64,000 bases of DNA, from NCBI GenBank assembly GCA_030704665.1, contig JAUYID010000009.1, forward strand, positions 64,163-128,162. The letters run 5' to 3'. The notes under the pieces are model-generated. The model saw only the letters and a list, made by a program, of their open reading frames with translations. It made no database searches and was not told where the DNA came from. Shown here piece after piece: positions 19,426-27,239 of this stretch. Position numbers and translations under genes: made by a program. Source of the DNA: a bacterium (GTDB lineage: Bacteria > Patescibacteriota > Microgenomatia > Woykebacterales > RBG-16-39-9b). Numbering within the stretch: position 1 is the first letter of the stretch; each line of letters begins with the position of its first letter.

Positions 19426-19902
19426 ATGGGATCTAGATTTCTTTCCAACACTCACGGAGCAGTTTCTTATGAGGCGATGATTGAAAAAATCGCTGCTTAC
19501 ATTCGTCAGGATACCAATTACACTTACCAATTGATTGTGGGAACTGATTCCGAAGCTAAAGGTAAAGAAGCAGACTTTGTTTCTGCAGTTGTCGTCCACC
19601 GGCTCGGTAAAGGTGGGATTTACTTTTGGCAAAAAGAAAACATAAAAAACATTTACCATATCGCTGACCGAATTGGCCGTGAGACTCAGTACTCCCTCGA
19701 ACTAGCTTGGAAACTGCGGGAGACTTTTCGTCACAATGGACTAGCCGGAATTGAACCAGAGGTTCATCTTGACGTCGGTGAAAATGGTCTGACCCGGGAT
19801 ATGATCAAATGGGTGACGGGTATGGTCCTTGGTAGTGGTTTTAAATTTAAGATCAAGCCGGACAGCTATGGTGCAAGCAAAGTCGCCGATCGCTACACTT
19901 AA
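19426..19902 (+). CDS. RNase H-like YkuK family protein
   Basis: LIVGTDSE, EVHLDVG and KIKPDSYGASKVADRYT motifs. Confidence 0.85.
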   Translation: MGSRFLSNTHGAVSYEAMIEKIAAYIRQDTNYTYQLIVGTDSEAKGKEADFVSAVVVHRLGKGGIYFWQKENIKNIYHIADRIGRETQYSLELAWKLRETFRHNGLAGIEPEVHLDVGENGLTRDMIKWVTGMVLGSGFKFKIKPDSYGASKVADRYT

Positions 19903-19906
19903 AAAT

Positions 19907-20659
19907 ATGATGGAAAACTCTCCAGAAATTGGTCCGCACTCGCAAATAGACTCAACTTTAGAAAAGATACGCAGCAACACTTCGGATGAAGAACGCGGTG
20001 GGGTAATTCTTTTTGAACAAGAAAAAACACCAGCAGAAAAAAGGGCCAATGAAATTTACGATAGTTTGAGTCTTACTTTGGGGGAAATTGCTGAAGAAGC
20101 TGCTGCCCAAAGTAAAAAAGGTCAGCACGGACGAGAAGCAGAAATTGTTTTGAATGAAATTCTTGAAGTGACAAACGTAACTAACGCTTTTTCCAAAGGA
20201 GAGGTTGAGTTTGAAAGAAACACTAGTCATGAAGCTGAGGCCACAGCTAGAGGAGACAAAATATATTCCTACAGGTCTAATGGAGCGCTGATTGGGTTGA
20301 AAGAGTATGACGTTGATCTGATGATTCGACCGGCGGCCTTTGAAAGAATCGCCGAAGTAGGAAGAAATGTTCAATTTGAAGATGACCGCGAGCAAAGATT
20401 GGCTTTGCGGATTCATCCCCGCCAGGCGATGGGCTCGGATATTCTCGTTCGTATCGATCCAGAGGATGAAATTCAATTTGATATTCAAGCTGATTGGGTT
20501 GATCTGCTAGATTTTTCTGCAGCCGGACAAAAAGCCGGACACCATTTCTCTAGTGGGCTGAAGTACGCAGATTCTCGCGCTAGCTTTCGTGAAGTTCTTG
20601 AAACAATTAATACGAAAGTAAAGGTTCGGGGAGCGGAAAGTTTGCGCACAGCCGCCTAG
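19907..20659 (+). CDS. Hypothetical protein
   Basis: ~250 aa acidic ORF, no recognised motif. Confidence 0.55.
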   Translation: MMENSPEIGPHSQIDSTLEKIRSNTSDEERGGVILFEQEKTPAEKRANEIYDSLSLTLGEIAEEAAAQSKKGQHGREAEIVLNEILEVTNVTNAFSKGEVEFERNTSHEAEATARGDKIYSYRSNGALIGLKEYDVDLMIRPAAFERIAEVGRNVQFEDDREQRLALRIHPRQAMGSDILVRIDPEDEIQFDIQADWVDLLDFSAAGQKAGHHFSSGLKYADSRASFREVLETINTKVKVRGAESLRTAA

Positions 20660-20661
20660 GG

Positions 20662-20689
20662 TTGAAATAGAGCCTGGTTTGTGTATAAT
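20662..20689 (+). promoter_or_regulatory. sigma70 promoter upstream of GIY-YIG gene and tRNA-Asn
   Basis: TTGAAA-16 bp-TATAAT with TG extension. Confidence 0.6.
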
Positions 20690-20706
20690 ATCCCAGCATC
20701 ATTCCT

Positions 20707-20746
20707 CCTGCCCGCAGACGCTAAAGCGTCAGCTTTTGCAGGCGGG
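20707..20746. repeat. REP-like palindromic element inserted in a duplicated tRNA-Asn 5' end
   Basis: CCTGCCCGCA-GACGC TAAA GCGTC-...-TGCAGGCGGG; its removal restores TCATTCCTCGGTAGC. Confidence 0.7.
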
Positions 20747-20769
20747 CGGTAGCGTAGTAACATTAAGTT

Positions 20770-21015
20770 GTGACAAGGTTCTTCTACACTTACGTTTTAA
20801 GAAGTCTGAAGGATGGTGATTTGTACGTTGGCTGGACCGACGATTTAAAGTTAAGGTTGGAGAAGCACAACAAAGGCTTGGTAAGGACAACTAAAAGCAG
20901 AAGGCCTTTTGAACTAGTATACTTCGAAGCCGGCTTGTCAAAGCAAAAAGCTGTAAGCAGAGAAAAGAGTTTAAAAACTGGTTTCGGAAGGAAGTTTTTA
21001 AAGGTTAGAATTTAA
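20770..21015 (+). CDS. GIY-YIG nuclease family protein (small stand-alone type)
   Basis: YTYVLRS, LYVGWTDDL, RLEKHN and REKSLKTG motifs. Confidence 0.9.
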   Translation: MTRFFYTYVLRSLKDGDLYVGWTDDLKLRLEKHNKGLVRTTKSRRPFELVYFEAGLSKQKAVSREKSLKTGFGRKFLKVRI

Positions 21016-21020
21016 TTCAT

Positions 21021-21095
21021 TCCTCGGTAGCTCAATGGTAGAGCGGCTCCCTGTTAAGGAGATGGTTGTAGGTTCGAATCCTACCCGAGGAGCCA
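21021..21095 (+). tRNA. tRNA-Asn(GTT); island insertion site
   Basis: TCCTCGG/CCGAGGA acceptor stem; loop CTGTTAA; GCCA end. Confidence 0.93.
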
Positions 21096-22769
21096 GATAG
21101 GATTTGGGGTCACAGAGACTCCATTTTCGTTTGTTGTAGCAGCTTCTTTTTCAGGTTCGAACATTTCACCAATGTCAGGACTCTTTTTTATGGCTTCCTC
21201 AATCAGTCTGTAAGGTTTTTTCACCTCTAGCGAGATAAGTTTATCTTTTAGTATTGGGTTCGAACCAAGACCAGCCAAAATAATCCTTTTCTTTTCCAAA
21301 CTGCCGTTTTCTAACCAGTAGGGTGCGTTTCTTGCAAAGTCGAAGTCTTTCTCTGCTTTTGTCATCCAATTCTCGACACTTTGATTTGTCTCTTTAAGTT
21401 TTTGTTCTAGTGACTTTTTATCTTTAAGTAGGGAAGTTTTTCGTTCCAAATACTCACTATCGGAAATAAGTTCCCCAGCCACGTTCTTAGGTGAAATCTT
21501 GAGTTTGAGTAGGTTATCAAGTTCGGTGAGAACGTCCTTGTGAGCCTCTTTGAGCGAGGCAGAGACGCTATTTCTTGTGTTCACTTCTACATCAGTCTCT
21601 TTGTTCAATTCTTCAATCGCCCAGTCTTGGAAAGCCTGTGAAATTTGTATTCGCTTTAGCTTGTCACTAAGTTGTTCTTCAAGTTTACTTACTTCAACAC
21701 TTCTTTGAGTGCAGTTAGGATTTTTCCTTTTTGTGCAGTGGTAGTAAATGTAGTGCAAGATTTTAGGATTTACCATAGCCTCGATTAGAATTTTACACTT
21801 TGGGCAGTCTGTCTTTCCGTTAGCAACGAATTTGAGTTTGCAAGATGGGCAAATAATTTGCCACTTTTCCTCAGCAGTTATAACAGCGTTACATTCCCCG
21901 CAATTCATGAGACCTGTATAAGCAAATTCGTGGGTTTTAGCTCTTGGTCGTCCTTTCCTTCCCAAAAGCATCTGTACCCTTTCAAATTCTTCTTTAGTTA
22001 TCATCTTCTCGTGCTTGCCGTCATACCAAACACCACTTCCTTTGGGGAACTCATAGCTACCATAATAGAAAGTATCTCGAAAAACTTCGTAAATTCTGCT
22101 TTTGGCCATGGGGTTCCCACCAATTCTTTTATGTTTGGGAGTTCTGTATCCCCATTCGTTATTTAGTTTGTCTAATATCTGGGGTGGTGTATAAGCACCA
22201 GTCAGCATTAATTCCCAAGCTTTTTTAATCAAAGGGAACCTTGTCGGGTCACTTTGGACAGTCTTATTACCCTTTTCTGCATATTTATCGTTCATGTAAC
22301 CTGGTTTGGCACCAGTGGGAAGTTGACCCATCCCTGCCTTAGTTCTAAGACCGCGTTTTACATCAACACTTAATTTAGAGGAAGAGTATTGAGAATGAGA
22401 TAAGGCACTTTGAAGCATCATTATTCCCTCAGGAGAGTTATCGAAATAGTAAGAACCGAACTTTAGGTCTTTAATTACTCCAGTTCTAACTAGGTAAGTG
22501 ATGGTTGCCGCGTCAATCTCGTTGCGTGATAGTCTGTCTGGGTGCCATGCGATAATTCCATCCGCTTGTCCAGATTTGATAAGTTCAATCATCTCTGCAA
22601 ACTTGGGGCGGTTGTCTGGGATGAAGGCACTTTTTGACTCTTCAAGGTCAATGGTGGTAGGGTGCAAATCAGGAAACTTCCTTTCAAGCTCAAGTCTTTG
22701 AGATTCGTTTGAAAGAGCCTGCCTTTCGTCTTGTTCTGATGATTTTCTTCTATACTCGATATATTGCAT
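21081..22769 (-). CDS. Large serine recombinase (resolvase, recombinase and zinc-ribbon domains)
   Basis: YRRKSSE, RPKF and DRLSRN motifs; multiple CxxC; coiled coil; stop codon lies within tRNA-Asn. Confidence 0.93.
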   Translation of the reverse strand: MQYIEYRRKSSEQDERQALSNESQRLELERKFPDLHPTTIDLEESKSAFIPDNRPKFAEMIELIKSGQADGIIAWHPDRLSRNEIDAATITYLVRTGVIKDLKFGSYYFDNSPEGIMMLQSALSHSQYSSSKLSVDVKRGLRTKAGMGQLPTGAKPGYMNDKYAEKGNKTVQSDPTRFPLIKKAWELMLTGAYTPPQILDKLNNEWGYRTPKHKRIGGNPMAKSRIYEVFRDTFYYGSYEFPKGSGVWYDGKHEKMITKEEFERVQMLLGRKGRPRAKTHEFAYTGLMNCGECNAVITAEEKWQIICPSCKLKFVANGKTDCPKCKILIEAMVNPKILHYIYYHCTKRKNPNCTQRSVEVSKLEEQLSDKLKRIQISQAFQDWAIEELNKETDVEVNTRNSVSASLKEAHKDVLTELDNLLKLKISPKNVAGELISDSEYLERKTSLLKDKKSLEQKLKETNQSVENWMTKAEKDFDFARNAPYWLENGSLEKKRIILAGLGSNPILKDKLISLEVKKPYRLIEEAIKKSPDIGEMFEPEKEAATTNENGVSVTPNPIWLLG

Positions 22770-22893
22770 AACTTAAATGGCCACCCTGGTTGAACTCAGA
22801 TTCCTTGCGGTTTCTGTCCAAGATGGCCATTAAAAAACCACAAGATTCCTGAGTTCATTGTAATTATCTCATATACAAATGCAAAAATAAACA

Positions 22894-23496
22894 TCATATA
22901 GGCTTAGTGAATGTTTCAACAGCTTCTTCTAATCTATCGTCCTCTTTCCAACCATTTTCTGCCAAAATTGAATCTGCTAATTTCATATCTTCTATTGTAA
23001 AGCTGCTTGACTTACCACCTTCCTCCCACATTTTTTGATATTCTTCATCACTTCTTAAAGAACTAGAAGCCTTAGAAGAACTAAAAGCAGAAACCTCTTT
23101 TTGAGGCAATTCCTGTTTTACTAGCGAAACAAATTGTTCTGTAGGTGAAACTATCTGTTTCACTGGTGAAATGTTTTGTTGCACTACTGAAAGATTGATT
23201 TCATACTCACTTCTTCCAGTTCTAGTAATAAGACCCTTTTGCAAAAGCGTCTTTAAGTTGTTATTAACCTTAGTAGCAGACCATTCAGATTTTGGCAATA
23301 GTGCAGCTAAACCACGATTAGTTGCTTCCACTTTCCCATAAGTTTCTTGATTACCTTCAAACCAAGCATAAAGAGAGACTAATAATGACCAAAGTCTAAA
23401 TTCTGGGTCTGTTAGAGATAAGTCTCTGGCCACTAAGTGCCTTTTACGTGATAGTCTTTCAAAACCACTACCATTAAGCCTTTTTAGCAGATCCAT
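22894..23496 (-). CDS. Winged-HTH, replication-initiator-like protein
   Basis: LTDPEFRLW...LKTLLQKGLIT HTH pattern followed by V-SP-x-Q repeats, as seen in phage replication proteins. Confidence 0.5.
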   Translation of the reverse strand: MDLLKRLNGSGFERLSRKRHLVARDLSLTDPEFRLWSLLVSLYAWFEGNQETYGKVEATNRGLAALLPKSEWSATKVNNNLKTLLQKGLITRTGRSEYEINLSVVQQNISPVKQIVSPTEQFVSLVKQELPQKEVSAFSSSKASSSLRSDEEYQKMWEEGGKSSSFTIEDMKLADSILAENGWKEDDRLEEAVETFTKPI

Positions 23497-23647
23497 GCTT
23501 ACCCCCATTTGGTATTGGCTCAACAATCTCCCTCATTAAAGCCAAGAAATCAGTAGCCACATCAGCTGCTTCTTGATCAGAAAGTTCTGACCCAAACTCA
23601 AGTTTGTAGATATTTTTGAATTTTTCTAAGGCATTTTTACTGATCAT
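23474..23647 (-). CDS. Unannotated 57 aa island protein (MISKNALEKFKNIYKLEFGSELSDQEA...)
   Basis: Manual translation; GGAG upstream; overlaps the start of the next gene. Confidence 0.65.
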   Translation of the reverse strand: MISKNALEKFKNIYKLEFGSELSDQEAADVATDFLALMREIVEPIPNGGKHGSAKKA

Positions 23648-23833
23648 TGGCTAAAAACTCTCCAACTAAAAACTCCAGGCTCACGAGAGATAAACCTGGA
23701 GATTCTAGCCCTCGTGACTTTTTAGCCACAAAAAAAGTGGCTGGTACATAAATTCATCAAATTCATGTGCCAACCACTGAGGCTGGGCGAGAGATAAGCT
23801 CTCGTCTTAACTAACTATAAGTATAACACGTCA

Positions 23834-24049
23834 TTAAATGTTTGAGATGAGTTCCAAAGGTTTAACTCCAAGTGCTTTAGCCAGTTTAACAATTGTTCTG
23901 AGAGTTGTATTTCTTCTACCCATCTCAATTTCATTGACTGAAGTCAGATCCATACCAATTTCGAACGCTAGTTTCTCTTGAGATAAACCTTTATTTTCTC
24001 TGAGTTCTCGAACTTTGCCCCCAAATTGTGAGAGGAAATTTTCACTCAT
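23834..24049 (-). CDS. XRE-family HTH regulator
   Basis: LRENKGLSQEKLA...IEMGRRN...LAKALGV. Confidence 0.9.
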   Translation of the reverse strand: MSENFLSQFGGKVRELRENKGLSQEKLAFEIGMDLTSVNEIEMGRRNTTLRTIVKLAKALGVKPLELISNI

Positions 24050-24109
24050 GATTATTGTATTTATGCCAAATGGTTGGTATAATGTCTTTGGCATTTATGC
24101 CAAACTAAT

Positions 24110-24559
24110 ATGAGACTTAAAATACTTCTAGTTATTTTAGGTTCTCTGCTTCTTGCCTCTGGAACCTATTTAGGAATAAATAAACTCAAACCACAACAAA
24201 AGGAACAAAGTTCTGTCGCTGTTGTTGTGGAGAATAAAGTAGCCACTAAATCTGCTGACCTAGCACAAGAAATGAAGAAAGAAGATCCAAAACAACCAGG
24301 AAAAGTAAAGGGATCTAGTACCAAAACAAACCCACCAGCCCCTTACCAGCCCTCGCAGGAACTAGTAGGCTACCTACAACCTTTAACCCAAGGTTTGGAG
24401 GTAGAAGCTCAAACTTCTACTGAAAATCCCAACTCTAACGAAACAAAAGACTGCACACCAATAACTCAACCTGGTACTTGGCAAGACGGCGTGGGAGTAA
24501 CTGTAACCATTGATCCTTGTACAAACATAAAACAGGATCAGCCTTTAATTAACCCTTAG
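24110..24559 (+). CDS. Hypothetical membrane-anchored protein
   Basis: N-terminal TM and low-complexity body; TGGTATAAT upstream. Confidence 0.55.
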   Translation: MRLKILLVILGSLLLASGTYLGINKLKPQQKEQSSVAVVVENKVATKSADLAQEMKKEDPKQPGKVKGSSTKTNPPAPYQPSQELVGYLQPLTQGLEVEAQTSTENPNSNETKDCTPITQPGTWQDGVGVTVTIDPCTNIKQDQPLINP

Positions 24560-24572
24560 TGTCGGACATAAA

Positions 24573-24908
24573 ATGGAATGGTTTAACAAACTTACAAATC
24601 CTCAATTTGAAGCTAAAATAGAAGAACCTTCAGTCGAGCCTAACGAGCCTGAACAGGTAGTGGGCGTTAGAGATTTGAAGGGTGATGAAGGTAATACTAG
24701 TAATATGATGATATGGGGTGCTCCTTGGTGGCATTGGCTGGTTGGCTTAATAGTTTTTATACCTTTTCTACTTCTTATAAATCTAGTGGAGCGTTTAAAT
24801 CTGAATGAGAGCATAAAATTGTTGCTTTTAGTACCTGGGTCTGTGATTGTTTTTGGTATTTATGGTTTTATTACCCACGAGATTATTAAGAAGTTTTCAA
24901 AAAAGTAG
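24573..24908 (+). CDS. Hypothetical two-TM protein
   Basis: Two hydrophobic helices. Confidence 0.5.
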   Translation: MEWFNKLTNPQFEAKIEEPSVEPNEPEQVVGVRDLKGDEGNTSNMMIWGAPWWHWLVGLIVFIPFLLLINLVERLNLNESIKLLLLVPGSVIVFGIYGFITHEIIKKFSKK

Positions 24909-24918
24909 GTTTATTCCT

Positions 24919-25017
24919 TTTCCTTTGGGATAATTCGCCAGGCGAATAATCTTTCTTTAGTAAAGAAAACCTCCTACTTTTTTCCTTTGAGATAGTGTGC
25001 CAGGCACATAATCTTTC
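24919..25017. repeat. Two 37-bp direct repeats with internal palindromes
   Basis: 24919-24955 and 24981-25017 match at 31 of 37 positions. Confidence 0.7.
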
Positions 25018-25312
25018 CGTGTTTGCCTGGCGAGAGGTTGATGAGGTTTAACCTGCAAAAGACTTTGCAGGTTGCTTTGTATTCTTTTAAAAGCTTTAGC
25101 CTTATCAATGTCCTTTCAGAACCAAATTGGCTTAAATTTAGAAGCTTGCAATGTTTTTTGCAAGCTCTGCTGGCATGAAACAGTTTAAGATAATTTTAAA
25201 AAAATTTACGTACAGGGGAGGGAGTAGAGGTCTCGATCCTAAAAGTTGTAATTAGCCTTAACTTTTCGTCAAAATGTTGACTTTTGTTAGTCTTTGTAAA
25301 TTAATGTAAAGC

Positions 25313-25495
25313 TCAATCCAAACCAATTTCCTTGAACTTCTTATTTAAAATGTCGCTGATGTGCTTTTTTTGAAGCAGTTGCCAGGCAACCTGTCTTGGG
25401 TTTTTAGTAGCGTAGCCTGATCTTCTAACAGACTGAGCACCGCTCCCCAAACTCTCAAAATAAAATTTAACAAACAAACGTTCTTTTATAGTCAA
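25313..25495 (-). pseudogene. Terminase small subunit N-terminal HTH (truncated or remnant)
   Basis: LTIKERLFVKFY...GAQSVRRSGY...AWQLLQKKHI resembles the TerS N-terminal pattern. Confidence 0.6.
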
Positions 25496-25574
25496 AATAA
25501 AACTCCTTTATTCATTTAACTAGCAATTAAAGTCTCGCTCTTTAGCTTCTATCATGCTAAAATTCAACCTACTC

Positions 25575-27239
25575 ATGGCATCAACTTTAGAGGATAAAAG
25601 TAAAGAAGAGCTAATAGGTATTATAAAACATCTAAAAAAGCGAAAGAAGTTTGGTTTGGTCTGGGAAGAAAAGCCAGAGGATGTTGTTGAGCAGTGCAAA
25701 AAAGAGCTACCAGTCCTTGAAGAAGTTAAAGACAAAACTATCGCTGAGGATTCAAACGGCCCTACAAATCTCCTTATTGAAGGTGATAATTACCATTCTT
25801 TATCAGTACTAAACTATACTCACGCTGGGAAAATAGATGTGATTTATATAGACCCGCCTTACAATACAGGTGCACGTGATTGGAAATACAACAACCACTT
25901 CGTAGATTCCAATGATACCTACAGACATAGTAAGTGGGTTGCTATGATGCATAAGCGTCTAATACTTGCAAAAAACTTACTTAAACAAGATGGGGTTTTA
26001 ATTGTCACCATTGATGACAATGAATTTAGTTCCCTCGGCCTTCTTTTAGATGAGATATTTCCCAATAAAGTTAGGACGACAGTTGTTATCAAATATAATC
26101 CAGCTGGTACTGCAAGAAGCGGGTTTTCCAGATGTCACGAGTATGCCATATACCTACTAAACCCAGGCCAAGAAATCAACAAAAAACCTGCCCCTCCCGA
26201 TATTAGAAGTAGAAATTTACGCCGAAATGGTAATAACTCCGACAGATCAGACAGTCCTACTATGTTTTACCCAATATATGTAGATAAGACCACACTTAAA
26301 GTCATTGGAGTTGGAGAAGCTCCAGGTAATGATTTTCATCCCGAAAAACAGACATTTGAGCACAACGATCGTTATGAAGTTTGGCCACTAGATGAAAATA
26401 ACAAGGAAAAAAACTGGTATTACAGTAGGAAAAGAGTGGAGGACAAAGGTAGTGAAGAATTAGTTGGTCGAGTTGTAAAGGAGAAAGTCCATCTTTATTT
26501 TTCTACTAGTAATAACTCTGAACAAAAATACCAAACAGTTTGGACGGGAAGCGAATATGACGCTGGGGCTTATGGAAGCAGCTTGGTTAAAGAAATAATT
26601 GATACAAAATTTCCTTTTCCCAAATCCCTATATGCCGTACGAGATTGCATAAAATCAGTAATTAAGTCTAAAGAAGCTATAGTTTTAGATTTTTTTGCAG
26701 GGTCGGGAACAACAGGACACGCGACTATGCTTCTTAATAAGGAAGATGGCGGTAACCGCCAGTTTATTTTATGCACTAATAATGAAAACGGGATAGCCGA
26801 GGAGATCACATATCCAAGAATAAAGAACACAATTTCAGGTTATTCTAACATAGAAGGTATTCCCGCTAATTTACGTTATTTCAAAACCTCTTTTGTATCC
26901 AAATCTAAAGTTTCTGACGACACTCGTAGAGAATTAGTTAAGCGTAGTTCTGAAATGATTTGTGTGAGAGAAAATACATTTGAGGAGACTGTAGATACAT
27001 CAAGTTTCAAGATCTACAAAGATTCCGAACATTTAACGGGCATTCTCTTTGATTTAAACTCTATAGATGACTTCAAAAAAACTGTAAGAGAGCAAAAGTT
27101 ACCTGCTAATATATACGTGTTTTCACTTACTAACGATACGTATGACGAGGATTTTGAAGATTTAGGAATTGATCACAATCTCTGCCCGATACCAGAAAGC
27201 ATACTTGAAGTTTATAGAAAAGTATTTAGGAGAAAATAA
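25575..27239 (+). CDS. mod: Type III R-M methyltransferase (Mod)
   Basis: LLIEGDN, IYIDPPYNTG, FPKS and DFFAGSGTTG (beta-class order). Confidence 0.92.
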   Translation: MASTLEDKSKEELIGIIKHLKKRKKFGLVWEEKPEDVVEQCKKELPVLEEVKDKTIAEDSNGPTNLLIEGDNYHSLSVLNYTHAGKIDVIYIDPPYNTGARDWKYNNHFVDSNDTYRHSKWVAMMHKRLILAKNLLKQDGVLIVTIDDNEFSSLGLLLDEIFPNKVRTTVVIKYNPAGTARSGFSRCHEYAIYLLNPGQEINKKPAPPDIRSRNLRRNGNNSDRSDSPTMFYPIYVDKTTLKVIGVGEAPGNDFHPEKQTFEHNDRYEVWPLDENNKEKNWYYSRKRVEDKGSEELVGRVVKEKVHLYFSTSNNSEQKYQTVWTGSEYDAGAYGSSLVKEIIDTKFPFPKSLYAVRDCIKSVIKSKEAIVLDFFAGSGTTGHATMLLNKEDGGNRQFILCTNNENGIAEEITYPRIKNTISGYSNIEGIPANLRYFKTSFVSKSKVSDDTRRELVKRSSEMICVRENTFEETVDTSSFKIYKDSEHLTGILFDLNSIDDFKKTVREQKLPANIYVFSLTNDTYDEDFEDLGIDHNLCPIPESILEVYRKVFRRK

